64,000 nt of DNA from Halothiobacillaceae bacterium (GCA_006212015.1 SDAY01000002.1:10457-74456); one strand, 5' to 3'. Positions 41,122-51,278 are shown, numbered from the stretch's first letter. Numbers and translations: made by a program. Notes: generated by a model not told the origin, from the sequence alone.

Positions 41122-41832
41122 TCAGCGCGGCATCCGGGGCAGCTGACGCAAGGGGTCGATCGGATTGCCATCCAGGCGGATTTCGAAATGCAGCCTGGGC
41201 CTGTCGACTTCCGATTGCCCCATGTGGGCAATGATTTGTCCAGACTGCACGCGTTGCCCTTCGCTGACCAATAAGTCCTGGTTATAGGCATATGCACTAA
41301 GGATTCGTGAATCATGTTTCAAAATGATGAGATTGCCGTAGCCGGCGAGGCCGGAGCCGCTGTAGACGACCTCCCCTGCCGCCGCGGCACGGACGGGCTG
41401 TCCCAGTGTGCCGGCGATGTCGATGCCCTTGCGCGTGGCATGACCATGGAGGAAGGTCGAGACGACGCGTCCCTCGGTCGGCCAAACCCAGCGGGTAGCG
41501 CCGATGGGCGGGGCTGGGGCGTCATTCGGTTCATCCTCATCGTTCGACGACCTGGATGCCCGCGCCTGGGGGGCATGTCCCGGGCTCTCGTGCGAGGAGG
41601 CTGGGCCGGTCACGCGCAAGCGCTGCCCAACCAGGATGGTGTACGGGGGGTGCATGCCATTGCTGCGCGCGATTTTCTTCCAGTCCATGTCGTAGGCGGT
41701 CGCGATGGAGTACAGGGTTTCGCCGCGCTGAACGACATGCACGCCATTTTCCGGCGCAAAGCGGACCGCCGGACCGCAGCCTGTCATCGCGAACGGAAGA
41801 CTCACCAGAAATACCCCGACCAACCGGCGCAT
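41122..41832 (-). CDS. nlpD: LysM/M23 lipoprotein NlpD
   Basis: Lipobox AMTGC, a LysM domain (HVVQRGETLYSIA) and an M23 domain (GIDIAG...GYGNLIILKH). Confidence 0.85.
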   Translation of the reverse strand: MRRLVGVFLVSLPFAMTGCGPAVRFAPENGVHVVQRGETLYSIATAYDMDWKKIARSNGMHPPYTILVGQRLRVTGPASSHESPGHAPQARASRSSNDEDEPNDAPAPPIGATRWVWPTEGRVVSTFLHGHATRKGIDIAGTLGQPVRAAAAGEVVYSGSGLAGYGNLIILKHDSRILSAYAYNQDLLVSEGQRVQSGQIIAHMGQSEVDRPRLHFEIRLDGNPIDPLRQLPRMPR

Positions 41833-41838
41833 CAGGCC

Positions 41839-42417
41839 TCAGTGTCGCATGATCAGATAGGCTAGCACGACCACGACGACCGCCCCCCAGCCGAGCCACT
41901 CCATGAAGGGTCGAAGGCGCGGCTCGAAGGCCGGGCCAAACCGGCCCATCAACCAGGCCACGAGAAAGAAACGCCCCCCTCTTCCGACCGCCGAGGCGAT
42001 CACGAAGGGCAGCAGCGGCATGCCCAGGGCGCCCGCGGTAATGGTGAAGGCCTTGTAGGGGATCGGCGAGAAGCCGGCCAGGAATACCGCCCAGAAGCCC
42101 CATTCCATGAACCAGACGCGCGCCTTTTCAAAGGCGCCCGCGTACCCCATGCGCTCGATCATGGGCGTCAACAGATCCAGGAACCAGACGCCGATCAGGT
42201 AACCCAGAAGCCCTCCCAGCACCGATGTCACGGTCGTCAGCAGGGCGAGGCGCCACCAGGCCGGAGGACGCGCCACGCACATCGGCGCAAGAAGGACATC
42301 GGGCGGAATGGGGAAGAAGGAAGACTCGGCGAAACTCAAGCCACCCAAGGCCCAAGGGGCGCGCGGATGGCGACTGAGGCCGATCACCCGATCATAGAGC
42401 GGTCCAAACAACTTCAT
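41839..42417 (-). CDS. YqaA/DedA-related inner membrane protein
   Basis: 192 aa, polytopic, with AESSFFPIPPDVLL and FSPIPYKAFTITAGA. ATGA overlap with the pcm stop. Confidence 0.7.
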   Translation of the reverse strand: MKLFGPLYDRVIGLSRHPRAPWALGGLSFAESSFFPIPPDVLLAPMCVARPPAWWRLALLTTVTSVLGGLLGYLIGVWFLDLLTPMIERMGYAGAFEKARVWFMEWGFWAVFLAGFSPIPYKAFTITAGALGMPLLPFVIASAVGRGGRFFLVAWLMGRFGPAFEPRLRPFMEWLGWGAVVVVVLAYLIMRH

Positions 42418-43091
42418 GCGACCGCTCCCGCGATGAGAGGCACGAAACTCGCGCCTTCGAGTATTTCTTCACGCAGCACGCCATCCACACGCCGGATCAT
42501 CAGCAATCGCTGCACACCGCCCTGCGGGCCGACGGGAATGACCATGCGTCCGCCCTCGGCAATCTGCTCCAGCAGGCGCGGGGGAATTTCATCCGGCGCC
42601 GCCGCCACCAGGATGGCATCGAACGGGCCATGCGCGGACCACCCCTGCCAGCCATCGGCATGCCGCAGGCGCACGTTGTAGCGATCGAGCACTCTCAGTC
42701 GTTCGCGTGCCAGATCCTGCAGGCTCTTGATCCGCTCGATGCTGAACACCTGATTGGTCAAGTCGGCAAGAATGGCGGTTTGATAGCCCGACCCCGTGCC
42801 GATCTCCAGCACCTTGTTCGGCACGCCATCGCGCAGGATGGCCTCGCTCATGCGCGCCACCGTGTACGGCTGGGAAATGGTCTGCCCATGCCCGATGGGC
42901 AGGGCGGTATCTTCGTAGGCGCGACCGGAGAAGGCCTCCTCGACGAAGAGGTGGCGGGGGGTGCGGCGCATGGAACGCAAAACCCGCTCATCGCTGATGC
43001 CGGCGTCCTGCAAACGCTCGATCAGGCGTTCCCGCACCCTTGGCGAGGTCAGTCCGCTGCCGCGCAGGTAGACCTCAGTCGGTGACAGCAT
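42414..43091 (-). CDS. pcm: protein-L-isoaspartate O-methyltransferase
   Basis: [11 protein letters not shown] and [13 protein letters not shown]. The ATG at 43091 overlaps the surE end by 17 nt; the alternative start is the track ORF start at 43124. Confidence 0.9.
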   Translation of the reverse strand: MLSPTEVYLRGSGLTSPRVRERLIERLQDAGISDERVLRSMRRTPRHLFVEEAFSGRAYEDTALPIGHGQTISQPYTVARMSEAILRDGVPNKVLEIGTGSGYQTAILADLTNQVFSIERIKSLQDLARERLRVLDRYNVRLRHADGWQGWSAHGPFDAILVAAAPDEIPPRLLEQIAEGGRMVIPVGPQGGVQRLLMIRRVDGVLREEILEGASFVPLIAGAVA

Positions 43092-43830
43092 GAGGCAACC
43101 ACCGGGCCAGCGCGCCCAGAGCATCGTGCCGGGTCATGTCGAAGTGGATGGGCGTCACCGAAATGCAGCCCTCGCGCAGGGCGTGGAAGTCGGTGCCCTC
43201 GCCCTCGTCGGCGGCCGCGCCGGCCAGGCCGATCCAGTAGATGCGCCTGCCACGCGGGTCGGTATCCGCCACCATGGGCGCGGCGGGGTGACGCTGCCCC
43301 AGGCGGGTGGAACGCAGGCCGCGAATGTCCGCCCAGGGGCGATCCGGAACGTTCATGTTGAGCAGGGTGTCGCCCGGCAGGGGGTGGCTGGCCATGTCGC
43401 GCACCAGCATGGCGACGGCGCGACAGGCGGTGTCGAAGTGCCGGGGCTCGAAGGCGTCCATCGACACGGCGATGGCGGGAAGCCCGAGGGAGCGCCCCTC
43501 CATCGCCGCGGCCACGGTGCCGGAATAGAGCACGTCATCACCCAGGTTGGGGCCGTGGTTGATGCCGGAGAGCACGATGTCGGGCGTGAACGGCAGCAGC
43601 CCGGTCAGGGCCAGGTGCACGCAGTCCGTCGGGGTGCCGTCCACCGCCCAGACATGCTCATCGAGCTGCTTGGGGCGCAGGGGGCGGGAGAGGGTCAGGG
43701 AGTTGCTCGCCCCGCTGCGGTCGCGATCAGGCGCGACGATGACGACCCGCCCGAACGGGCGCATGGCCTCGGCCAGGGCAAGCAAACCGGGGGAATGCAC
43801 GCCATCATCATTGGAAACCAGGATATCCAT
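43075..43830 (-). CDS. surE: 5'/3'-nucleotidase SurE
   Basis: [16 protein letters not shown] and [22 protein letters not shown]. Confidence 0.95.
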   Translation of the reverse strand: MDILVSNDDGVHSPGLLALAEAMRPFGRVVIVAPDRDRSGASNSLTLSRPLRPKQLDEHVWAVDGTPTDCVHLALTGLLPFTPDIVLSGINHGPNLGDDVLYSGTVAAAMEGRSLGLPAIAVSMDAFEPRHFDTACRAVAMLVRDMASHPLPGDTLLNMNVPDRPWADIRGLRSTRLGQRHPAAPMVADTDPRGRRIYWIGLAGAAADEGEGTDFHALREGCISVTPIHFDMTRHDALGALARWLPHAVTD

Positions 43831-43884
43831 GCAAACCCGCCCTAGCCTTGAACCGTCGCCTTGAGAGATTCACTCACTATACTG

Positions 43885-44454
43885 ATGGCGACCGCCACGT
43901 CCAGCCCCGCCCAAGAGCCCTGTATGAATGAGGACGACATCCAACTCTTCCGCGCCACGATCGGCGCCCTGACCGGCGAGATCCGCCCGGTCACGCACGA
44001 CCGCGTCGAGCATCGGCCGCCGCGCCCTTCCGCGCGTCCGCGCCGGCGGATGCAGGATGACGAGCTCATCGTCAAGGACATGCTCAGCGACTACGATCCG
44101 GGAGAGCTGGAACACGGCGAGGTGCTGCTCTACCTGCGCGGCGGGGCCTCGCGCCAGACGCTGCGCAAGCTTCGACGCGGCCAGTACAGTATCGGCGCGG
44201 CGCTGGACCTGCATGGTCACACGGTCGATGAGGCCCGGGTCGCGTTGACCCAGTTCCTCAACCGGCAGCGCGGCGCCATGCATCGCTGTGTGCGCATCAT
44301 TCACGGCAAGGGGTACAGCTCACCCACCGGGCAGGGCAAGCTCAAGCGCCTGCTGAACCGCTGGCTGCCCCAGCGCGACGACGTGCTGGCCTTCTGTTCC
44401 GCGCTGCCGACGGATGGCGGGACCGGTGCGGTGTACGTGCTGCTGAGGGGATGA
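43885..44454 (+). CDS. Smr-domain protein (SmrA/YdaL-like)
   Basis: C-terminal Smr domain LDLHGHTVDEAR...IIHGKG...GGTGAVYVLL. The start is ambiguous: ATG at 43885, ATG at 43924 (MNEDDIQLF) or the track TTG at 43861. Confidence 0.75.
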   Translation: MATATSSPAQEPCMNEDDIQLFRATIGALTGEIRPVTHDRVEHRPPRPSARPRRRMQDDELIVKDMLSDYDPGELEHGEVLLYLRGGASRQTLRKLRRGQYSIGAALDLHGHTVDEARVALTQFLNRQRGAMHRCVRIIHGKGYSSPTGQGKLKRLLNRWLPQRDDVLAFCSALPTDGGTGAVYVLLRG

Positions 44455-44475
44455 CCCGGGGTCAGGGGTCAGGGG

Positions 44476-44988
44476 TCAGTCATCGTGAATCGAGGAGGAT
44501 TCGGCGGTGAAGGGGAAGTCCGCCGTCCACATCTCGTCGCCCACCACCACGCTGACCTTGGCGACCCAGTCGCTGCGCCCGATGCTGCAGACCGGCAGGA
44601 TCACCTTGGCCCGATAACTGCCTTCGGCATGGCGGGTGAGGGTGTAGCGGTTCAGGCCCATGTCCATGCCGACCATGATGAAATCCACGTTGGCCGCGCC
44701 GCTCTTCGGCAGGGCCGCGTCGGGCAGGCGCAGGCTCAGGTCGATGGGCCTCAGGGGACGCACGTCGCCGGCCAGTTCAAGTTGCAGGGAACGCCCCTGG
44801 GCATCGGTGACGGTGCAGGGCCCGCCCACCGGCGAGCAGGCCGGGGCCGGCAGCGGCACCACGCTGCCGGCAAAGGGAACGTCAGGGGCGCGCAACCCGG
44901 AAAAGTCGTGCTGAAGTACATAGAGCAGCACGCCAATGACTACCGCGCTGCCCAGCCACCACTTCGCATCGCTCATCGACATACCCAT
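44476..44988 (-). CDS. hypothetical membrane-anchored periplasmic protein (possibly FixH/YtkA-like beta-sandwich)
   Basis: 170 aa with an N-terminal TM segment WWLGSAVVIGVLLYVL, a Cys pair (PACSPVGGPCTV) and a Met-rich strand FIMVGMDMG. No confident family is recognised. Confidence 0.5.
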   Translation of the reverse strand: MGMSMSDAKWWLGSAVVIGVLLYVLQHDFSGLRAPDVPFAGSVVPLPAPACSPVGGPCTVTDAQGRSLQLELAGDVRPLRPIDLSLRLPDAALPKSGAANVDFIMVGMDMGLNRYTLTRHAEGSYRAKVILPVCSIGRSDWVAKVSVVVGDEMWTADFPFTAESSSIHDD

Positions 44989-45096
44989 CTGGATGGATCC
45001 TCACCGCCCACCATCGAAGCGGTGAAGGGTAACCGATCCACGGGGACAAGCCCAATCCCGGCGGCCGCCCCGCCCCCGCCGGGGTGGCGCCCGGCA

Positions 45097-45612
45097 TCAA
45101 TCCTTGAGGTGGGCCTTGATACGGCGGTAACGCTCGGCAATCTCGTCCTTGAGCTCCCGCGCCGCGTCGACCGTCTCATCCAGCGCCTCGGCCGCGGCAT
45201 CCTTGAGCTTCTCCAGCAGCGCCGTCAGGCGGTCCCATACGCGCTCGGCCTCCTCCCACTCCTCGCGCGCCTCCATGCCCATCAGCTCGACCCGCACGCG
45301 CAATTCGTCACGCGTACGGCGCAGTTCATCCACGCCCTCGGCCAGCCGGTCCATCGGCTTGAGGCGCTGATACCGCCCCGTCAGCTCGTCCGCCAGCTGG
45401 CGGAAGGCCGCCGCCATCTCGTCGATCTGATCGGCGCCCTCGGCCCGAATCCTGTGCGCCGCGTTGCTCAGGCGTTCCCACGCGCGCTCGGCCTCCTGCC
45501 ATTCGTCGTGCACCTCCATGCCGAGCAGATGCACCTGCAGGCGCAACGCGTCGCGCTGCTGTTTCAGGCCCTCGAACGTGGTATCCAGTTGTTCCTTGAT
45601 CATGTCAAACAC
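45097..45612 (-). CDS. hypothetical soluble coiled-coil protein with an internal tandem duplication
   Basis: 171 aa, highly charged (E/R/D/A-rich). Two repeats of about 70 aa share RDxLRxxVxLxGMExxxEWxEAERxWxRL ... RYxRxK. The duplication is also visible at DNA level. Confidence 0.55.
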   Translation of the reverse strand: MFDMIKEQLDTTFEGLKQQRDALRLQVHLLGMEVHDEWQEAERAWERLSNAAHRIRAEGADQIDEMAAAFRQLADELTGRYQRLKPMDRLAEGVDELRRTRDELRVRVELMGMEAREEWEEAERVWDRLTALLEKLKDAAAEALDETVDAARELKDEIAERYRRIKAHLKD

Positions 45613-45646
45613 CTCTTTGGGTTAGGGACAGCTAGAGTGTAGACCA

Positions 45647-46570
45647 TCACCACCAGGCGCGGATGCCGGCCACGCCCTGGGCGCCATGCGCCAGGGCCTG
45701 GGCAAGTTCGGGCTCGCCCACCCCGCCCAGGGCATACACCGGCAGGACATGATCGGCGGCAAGCCCGGCGAAGCGCGGCCAGCCCAGGGGTTCCGCGCCG
45801 GGGTGCGAGGCGGTCGGCAGCACGGGGGAGAGGAAGGCATAGTCCAGTCCGAGCGCGGCGGCGTGCGCCAGCTCAGGGGCGTCATGGCAGGAGGCCCCGA
45901 CCCAGCGGAGGCCCGGCGGCCGATGCCTGAGCGTCATCAGGCGGTGGCGATTGAGGTGGACGCCATCCATGCCCAGCCGCAGGGCCTCGGCGGGATCGGC
46001 ATTGAGGATGGCGAGCGCGCCCGCCGTGCGAATGCGCGCCATGCCCTCGCCCGCCAGCCCGAGCGCACGCGCGCCGCGCAGGATGACCATCCCCACGCCC
46101 CGGGCGAGGGCGGCCTCGAGATGTTCGAGAAAGGCGGCATCGGACGCGGCCTCGCCGGTGATCAGGCAGCGCGACGGCAAGGCCAGCGCGTTGACGACGG
46201 GGGCATTGGCGGCCGGGAAGTCCCGGGCCTTGAGCGCGGCGGCACGCACCCATTCCAGCGGTTGGCCCAGCCGCCCCTCGGGCTCGCCTCGCCACCCTGT
46301 CACCCGCCAGACATGCAGCATCACCTCCCGCTCGGGGTCATGATGATGCACATCCATCCAGTGCACGGCCTCGGTCGGAAGCAGGCCCACTTCCTCTTCA
46401 AGCTCACGGGCCAGCGCCTCGCGCTCGCGCTCGCCCGGTTCCAGCTTGCCGCCGGGAAACTCCCACAGCCCACCCAGGGGCTGGTGCGGCAGGCGGCGGG
46501 CGATGAGGATGTCGCCGTCCTCGCGCTGGATGACGGCGCAGACGACGCGCAAGGCCTTGGACGAGGTCAT
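45647..46570 (-). CDS. Nudix (MutT-like) hydrolase fused to a TenI/ThiE-like domain
   Basis: Nudix box GGLWEFPGGKLEPGEREREALARELEEEVG, then a TMP-synthase/TenI-like C-terminal half (GVHLN..., YAFLSPVLPT..., ALGGV). The start was re-set to the ATG at 46570. Confidence 0.8.
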   Translation of the reverse strand: MTSSKALRVVCAVIQREDGDILIARRLPHQPLGGLWEFPGGKLEPGEREREALARELEEEVGLLPTEAVHWMDVHHHDPEREVMLHVWRVTGWRGEPEGRLGQPLEWVRAAALKARDFPAANAPVVNALALPSRCLITGEAASDAAFLEHLEAALARGVGMVILRGARALGLAGEGMARIRTAGALAILNADPAEALRLGMDGVHLNRHRLMTLRHRPPGLRWVGASCHDAPELAHAAALGLDYAFLSPVLPTASHPGAEPLGWPRFAGLAADHVLPVYALGGVGEPELAQALAHGAQGVAGIRAWW

Positions 46571-46598
46571 ATGATCGACCCGCTGGAGAAATTCCGGC

Positions 46599-47825
46599 TC
46601 AGCTCCGGTACTCGGCGTTGATCCTGACGTAATCGTAGGAGAAGTCGCAGGTCCAGACCGTCTCCGCAGCGGCGCCGCGGCCAAGATCGACATGGATGGT
46701 GATCTCGGATCCCTTCATCACCGCCGCCGCCTCGGCCTCGACATAGGCCGGATGGCGACCGCCGTTCTCGGCCACCAGCACCGGGCCGAGCCATAGGCGC
46801 ACGGTGTTCACGTCCAGGTCGGCGATGCCCGCATAGCCGATGGCGGCCAGCAGGCGGCCAAGGTTGGGGTCGGACGCGAACAGGGCGGTCTTGATCAGCG
46901 GGGAGTGGGCGATCGCCTTGCCGACCTTGAGGCACTCCTCGCCGTTGCGGCCGCCGCTCACCTCGATGGTGACGAACTTGGTCGCGCCCTCCCCGTCCCG
47001 CGCCAGCGCCTGGGCGAGGAACAGGGCAACCTCGCGCACGGCGGCGTGGAGGGCCTCGTAGCCCGCCGACGATTCGCTGTCGATGCTGACCCCGGAGGTG
47101 CCCGCCGCGATCAGCACGAAGCTGTCGTTGGTGGAGGTATCGCCATCCACGGTCACGCGGTTGAAGGAGACGTTGGCGATCGCCTTCAGCATCCGCTCCA
47201 GCAGCGGCTGGCTGACGGCGGCATCGGTCGCCACATAGCCGAGCATGGTCGCCATGTTCGGGTGGATCATGCCCGAACCCTTGGCGATGCCGGTCACGGT
47301 CACGGTCCGGCCGTCGATCTCGAGTTGACGTGACAGGCCCTTGGCGACGATGTCCGTGGTCATGATCGCCTCGGCGGCGACCTCCCAGTGGGACTCGGAC
47401 AGGTTCGCGATGCAGGTCGGCAGACCGGCCTCGATGCGCTCGAAAGGCAGGGGCTCCATGATCACGCCGGTGGAGAACGGCAGCACCTGCTCGGGCTGGC
47501 AGCCGAGCTGGCCGGCAAGGGCCTCGCACACATGGCGGGCGCGGGCCATGCCGTCAGCCCCTGTGCCCGCATTGGCATTGCCTGTGTTGACCACCAGCGC
47601 GCGGATCGGGACGCCAGCCGCCAGGAACTCGCGGCACAGGGTCACCGGCGCCGCGCAGAAGCGGTTCTGGGTGAACACCCCGGCGACCCGCGCGCCTTCG
47701 GGCAGGGTCATCACCAGCAGGTCCTTGCGGTTGGCCTTGCGGACGCCGGCCTCGGCCACGCCAAGCTGGATGCCCTCGATGGGCAGGAGGCTACCGGGGG
47801 CGGGAGCGGTCAGATTGACGGGCAT
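46599..47825 (-). CDS. argJ: bifunctional ornithine acetyltransferase / N-acetylglutamate synthase
   Basis: NTGNANAGTG, the autoprocessing site region [11 protein letters not shown], and the C-terminal [10 protein letters not shown]. The start was re-set to the ATG at 47825 (AGGAGA upstream). Confidence 0.95.
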   Translation of the reverse strand: MPVNLTAPAPGSLLPIEGIQLGVAEAGVRKANRKDLLVMTLPEGARVAGVFTQNRFCAAPVTLCREFLAAGVPIRALVVNTGNANAGTGADGMARARHVCEALAGQLGCQPEQVLPFSTGVIMEPLPFERIEAGLPTCIANLSESHWEVAAEAIMTTDIVAKGLSRQLEIDGRTVTVTGIAKGSGMIHPNMATMLGYVATDAAVSQPLLERMLKAIANVSFNRVTVDGDTSTNDSFVLIAAGTSGVSIDSESSAGYEALHAAVREVALFLAQALARDGEGATKFVTIEVSGGRNGEECLKVGKAIAHSPLIKTALFASDPNLGRLLAAIGYAGIADLDVNTVRLWLGPVLVAENGGRHPAYVEAEAAAVMKGSEITIHVDLGRGAAAETVWTCDFSYDYVRINAEYRS

Positions 47826-47854
47826 GGATGAGGTCTCCTGAGAGATGGTTGAAT

Positions 47855-47916
47855 CGTAGGAGCGGACCTTGGGCCGCGATGACCAGGCTGATCGCGACGC
47901 GAGCGTCGCTCCCACA
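47855..47916. repeat. inverted pair of REP-like units
   Basis: CGTAGGAGCGGACCTTGGGCCGCGATGA is followed by ATCGCGACGCGAGCGTCGCTCCCACA (the reverse complement of TGTGGGAGCGACGCTCGCGTCGCGAT) in the secA-argJ spacer. Confidence 0.7.
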
Positions 47917-47937
47917 AGGCAACAGCGGACAAAAGCG

Positions 47938-50685
47938 TCAGTTCAGCTTGCCGTGGCAGTGCTTGTACTTCTTGCCGGAACCGCACCAGCATGGATCGTT
48001 GCGGCCCAGCTTCTCGCCTTCGCGATCCACGGGCTGTTCCTTGCCGGCCTCGCCAGCAAATTCGGCATCCACCACCTCGTCATCGCCCCAGGCCGATGTG
48101 CTGGCGTGGCGTGTTTCAAGTTGCGGGCTTGCGGGCGGCTCCTCGAACTCGGCCATCGCCTCGGGCTGCTGCACCTGCACGCGGCAGAGCAGCTGCACGA
48201 TGTCGTGCTGCATCTTCTCGAGCATGACGGTGAACAGCTCGAAGGCCTCGCGCTTGTATTCCTGGGTCGGGTTCTTCTGCGCGTAGCCGCGCAGGCCGAT
48301 GCCTTGGCGCAGGTAGTCCATCGCGGCGAGGTGCTCCTTCCACAGGTGATCGAGCACCTGCAGCATGACGCCTTTCTCGAAGCGGCGCAGGCCCTCACGC
48401 CCCACCCGTTCTTCCTTGCGCGCGTAGTCGGCGGCGAAGGCCCCCTGAATGCGCTGCAGCAGGGTCTCCTCATGCAGGTCGTCGTCCTCGTCCAGCCACG
48501 CCTGCAGCGGCAGGGCGAGACCGAATTCCTCGGCAAGATTCTGCTCGAGGCCCGCGACATCCCACTGCTCGTCCAGGCTGCCCGGCGGAATGAAGCGACC
48601 GAACACACCGGCCAGGACTTCTTCGCGCATGCCGGTGACGGCCTCGCTGATATCCTCGGCCTCCATCAGCTGGCGACGCTGGCCATAGACCACCTTGCGC
48701 TGGTCGTTGGCGACGTCGTCGTATTCCAGCAGGTGCTTGCGGATGCCGAAGTTGTGGCCCTCGACCTTGCGCTGGGCGTTCTCGATGGCCTTGGTCACCC
48801 AGGGATGGGAGATCGCCTCGCCCTGCTCCATGCCCAGCTTCTTCATCAGATTGCCGACGCGATCGGAGGCGAAGATGCGCATCAGGTTGTCTTCGAGCGA
48901 CAGGTAGAAGCGGGTCGAGCCGGCATCGCCCTGACGACCCGAGCGCCCGCGCAGCTGGTTGTCGATGCGGCGGGATTCGTGGCGCTCGGAGCCGATCACG
49001 TGCAGGCCGCCCGCCGCCAAAACCTCGGCATGGCGCTGCTGCCAAGCCTCGCGGACCTTGGCTTCGGTCGAATCGTCCACATGGCCCAGGGCCAGCAGCT
49101 CCATCTCGAGGTTGCCGCCAAGCACGATGTCGGTGCCGCGACCGGCCATGTTGGTGGCGATGGTCACCGCGCCAGGACGCCCAGCGTCGGCGACGATCTC
49201 GGCCTCGCGCTCGTGCTGCTTGGCATTGAGCACGTTGTGCCTGATGCCCGCCTGGGTGAAACGCTCGGCCAGCAGCTCGGACACGTCAATGGAGGCCGTG
49301 CCGACCAGCACCGGCTGGCCGCGCGACTGGCAGTCGGTCACATCATGCAGGATGGCCTCGTACTTCTCCTCGGCGGTCAGGTAGACCAGGTCGCCATGGT
49401 CGATCCGGGTGACGGGCTTGTTGGTCGGGATGATGACCACTTCCAGGCCGTAGATCTGGTGGAATTCGGGCGCCTCGGTGTCCGCCGTGCCGGTCATGCC
49501 GGAGAGGCTGGCGTACAGGCGGAAGTAGTTCTGGAAGGTGATCGAGGCGAGGGTCTGGTTCTCGGGCTGGATGGGCACGCCCTCCTTGGCCTCGATGGCC
49601 TGGTGCAGGCCCTCCGACCAGCGGCGACCCGCGAGGGTGCGGCCGGTGAACTCGTCCACGATGACGACCTGCTGGTCGCGCACGATGTACTCGACATTGC
49701 GGCGGTAGATGGCATGGGCGCGCAGGGCGGCGTTGAGGTGATGCACCAGCATGATGTTCTTGGTGTCATACAGGCTCTCGCCTTCGGGCAGCAGGCCGAT
49801 CTGGCGCAGCAGTTCCTCGGCCTTCTCATGCCCCTGCTCGGTCAGGAAGATCTGCTTCTGCTTCTCGTCGACGGTGAAATCACCGCGCTCCTCGTCGGTC
49901 AGTGGCGGCTCGTCGTCCTTCTTGGGCTCCTCGCGCGCCTGACGCTTGAACTCGGGGATCATGCCATTGACCGCCTGATAGGTGTCGGAACTGTCCGCTG
50001 CGGGGCCGGAGATGATCAGCGGGGTGCGCGCCTCGTCGATCAGGATGGAGTCCACCTCGTCCACGATGGCGAAGTTGAGCGGGCGCTGCATGACCTCGTC
50101 CAGGCTGAACGCCATGTTGTCGCGCAGGTAGTCGAAGCCGAGCTCGTTGTTGGTGGCGTAGGTGATGTCGCAGTGGTAGGCGTCGCGCTTGGCCTGCGGG
50201 TCCATGCCCGGCACCACGATGCCGACGCTCAGGCCGAGGGCGCTGTACAGGCGCCCCATCCACTCGGCATCGCGGCGGGCGAGGTAGTCGTTCACCGTCA
50301 CTACATGCACGCCCTTGCCGGTGAGCGCATTGAGGTAGGCGGCCAGGGTGGCGACCAGGGTCTTGCCCTCGCCGGTGCGCATCTCGCTGATCCTGCCGGA
50401 ATGCAGCACCATGCCGCCGATCAGCTGGACGTCGAAGTGGCGCATGCCAAGCACGCGGCGGCTGGCCTCGCGACAAACCGCGAAGGCCTCCGGCAGCAGG
50501 TCGTCCAGCGCCACCCCCTGGGCAAGGCGATCGCGGAACTCGACGGTCTTGCCCGCCAGCTCCTCCATCGACAGGGCCTGCATGGCGGGCTCGAGCGCGT
50601 TGATGGCGGCGACCTGCTTGCGCAGGCGGCGGAGGATGCGGTCGTTGCGACTACCAAAAACCTTGCTGAACAACTTGCCAATCAT
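47938..50685 (-). CDS. secA: preprotein translocase ATPase SecA
   Basis: 915 aa from [16 protein letters not shown], with DEAD-like motor motifs ([27 protein letters not shown]) and a C-terminal zinc finger [14 protein letters not shown]. Confidence 0.97.
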   Translation of the reverse strand: MIGKLFSKVFGSRNDRILRRLRKQVAAINALEPAMQALSMEELAGKTVEFRDRLAQGVALDDLLPEAFAVCREASRRVLGMRHFDVQLIGGMVLHSGRISEMRTGEGKTLVATLAAYLNALTGKGVHVVTVNDYLARRDAEWMGRLYSALGLSVGIVVPGMDPQAKRDAYHCDITYATNNELGFDYLRDNMAFSLDEVMQRPLNFAIVDEVDSILIDEARTPLIISGPAADSSDTYQAVNGMIPEFKRQAREEPKKDDEPPLTDEERGDFTVDEKQKQIFLTEQGHEKAEELLRQIGLLPEGESLYDTKNIMLVHHLNAALRAHAIYRRNVEYIVRDQQVVIVDEFTGRTLAGRRWSEGLHQAIEAKEGVPIQPENQTLASITFQNYFRLYASLSGMTGTADTEAPEFHQIYGLEVVIIPTNKPVTRIDHGDLVYLTAEEKYEAILHDVTDCQSRGQPVLVGTASIDVSELLAERFTQAGIRHNVLNAKQHEREAEIVADAGRPGAVTIATNMAGRGTDIVLGGNLEMELLALGHVDDSTEAKVREAWQQRHAEVLAAGGLHVIGSERHESRRIDNQLRGRSGRQGDAGSTRFYLSLEDNLMRIFASDRVGNLMKKLGMEQGEAISHPWVTKAIENAQRKVEGHNFGIRKHLLEYDDVANDQRKVVYGQRRQLMEAEDISEAVTGMREEVLAGVFGRFIPPGSLDEQWDVAGLEQNLAEEFGLALPLQAWLDEDDDLHEETLLQRIQGAFAADYARKEERVGREGLRRFEKGVMLQVLDHLWKEHLAAMDYLRQGIGLRGYAQKNPTQEYKREAFELFTVMLEKMQHDIVQLLCRVQVQQPEAMAEFEEPPASPQLETRHASTSAWGDDEVVDAEFAGEAGKEQPVDREGEKLGRNDPCWCGSGKKYKHCHGKLN

Positions 50686-50808
50686 CTCGAACACTTTTCC
50701 TTTACGCCGCATCAAGGCGCGGCAAAATCGCATCATCTTAGACCAGCGGGCCGGCCTTTGGTAGGCTGCCAGCCATGCCCCGCAAAGGCCCCGCACAGGA
50801 TTCCCATC

Positions 50809-51231
50809 ATGGCCCTAGAGCGCCCAACGCTTCCGTCCGGCCTTCTCGCTCAGATACGCCGCAGACAGGCCTTGGAGAAAGCCCTTCGGGAGGCCTTGCC
50901 CAGGGAGCTTGCCAGCCATGTGTTTCTATTGAATGTCCAGGGGGAAACGCTGGTGCTTGGATCGGACACCCAGGCCCTCATCACTCCCCTGCGTTTCCAG
51001 GCGCCACTGCTCCTGGCCGCCGCCCGCAAGGTGCTGAAGGACAGCCCCCCGGTCCGGGTGGCATGGCGCACCATGCCGCACGCCATGCCTGAAAAGACGG
51101 CGCTTCATCCTCAGCGCCCCTCCGCCGAGGTAGCAAGCAACCTGGAAAGCGCCGCGGGTTCTGTCGAGGACCCCCAGTTGAGCGCCGCGCTTCATCGACT
51201 GGCCAGCGCCATGCGCAAGGCCCCCAAGTAA
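50809..51231 (+). CDS. DUF721/DciA-like small protein
   Basis: 140 aa at the tail of an otherwise antisense track ORF, with AGGA 9 nt before the ATG. The core [29 protein letters not shown] resembles the DUF721 pattern from memory. Divergent from secA. Confidence 0.5.
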   Translation: MALERPTLPSGLLAQIRRRQALEKALREALPRELASHVFLLNVQGETLVLGSDTQALITPLRFQAPLLLAAARKVLKDSPPVRVAWRTMPHAMPEKTALHPQRPSAEVASNLESAAGSVEDPQLSAALHRLASAMRKAPK

Positions 51232-51256
51232 AACGGGGCGCATCAAGCGCCCCGTT
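51232..51256. terminator. perfect 10-bp hairpin between the convergent DUF721-like gene and lpxC
   Basis: AACGGGGCGC-ATCAA-GCGCCCCGTT. A TTTTA tail follows on the minus sense; there is no T-run on the plus sense. Confidence 0.55.
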
Positions 51257-51278
51257 CTCATCCCTCAGCTGACGAAGA

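Noticed and set aside
44458-44482. GGGGTCA x3 heptamer tandem repeat between the smr gene and the hypothetical gene
   Set aside because: There are only three units (21 nt) and no spacers, so it is not a CRISPR array or a meaningful satellite. Its notable property is that it supplies TGA in all three minus-strand frames. This is probably incidental to the convergent gene ends.
47869-50808. Front 980 codons of the 1120-aa plus-strand ORF opposite secA
   Set aside because: It mirrors the secA frame and has no recognisable domains. Only the intergenic tail (50809-51231) has an RBS-spaced ATG and a plausible protein sequence.
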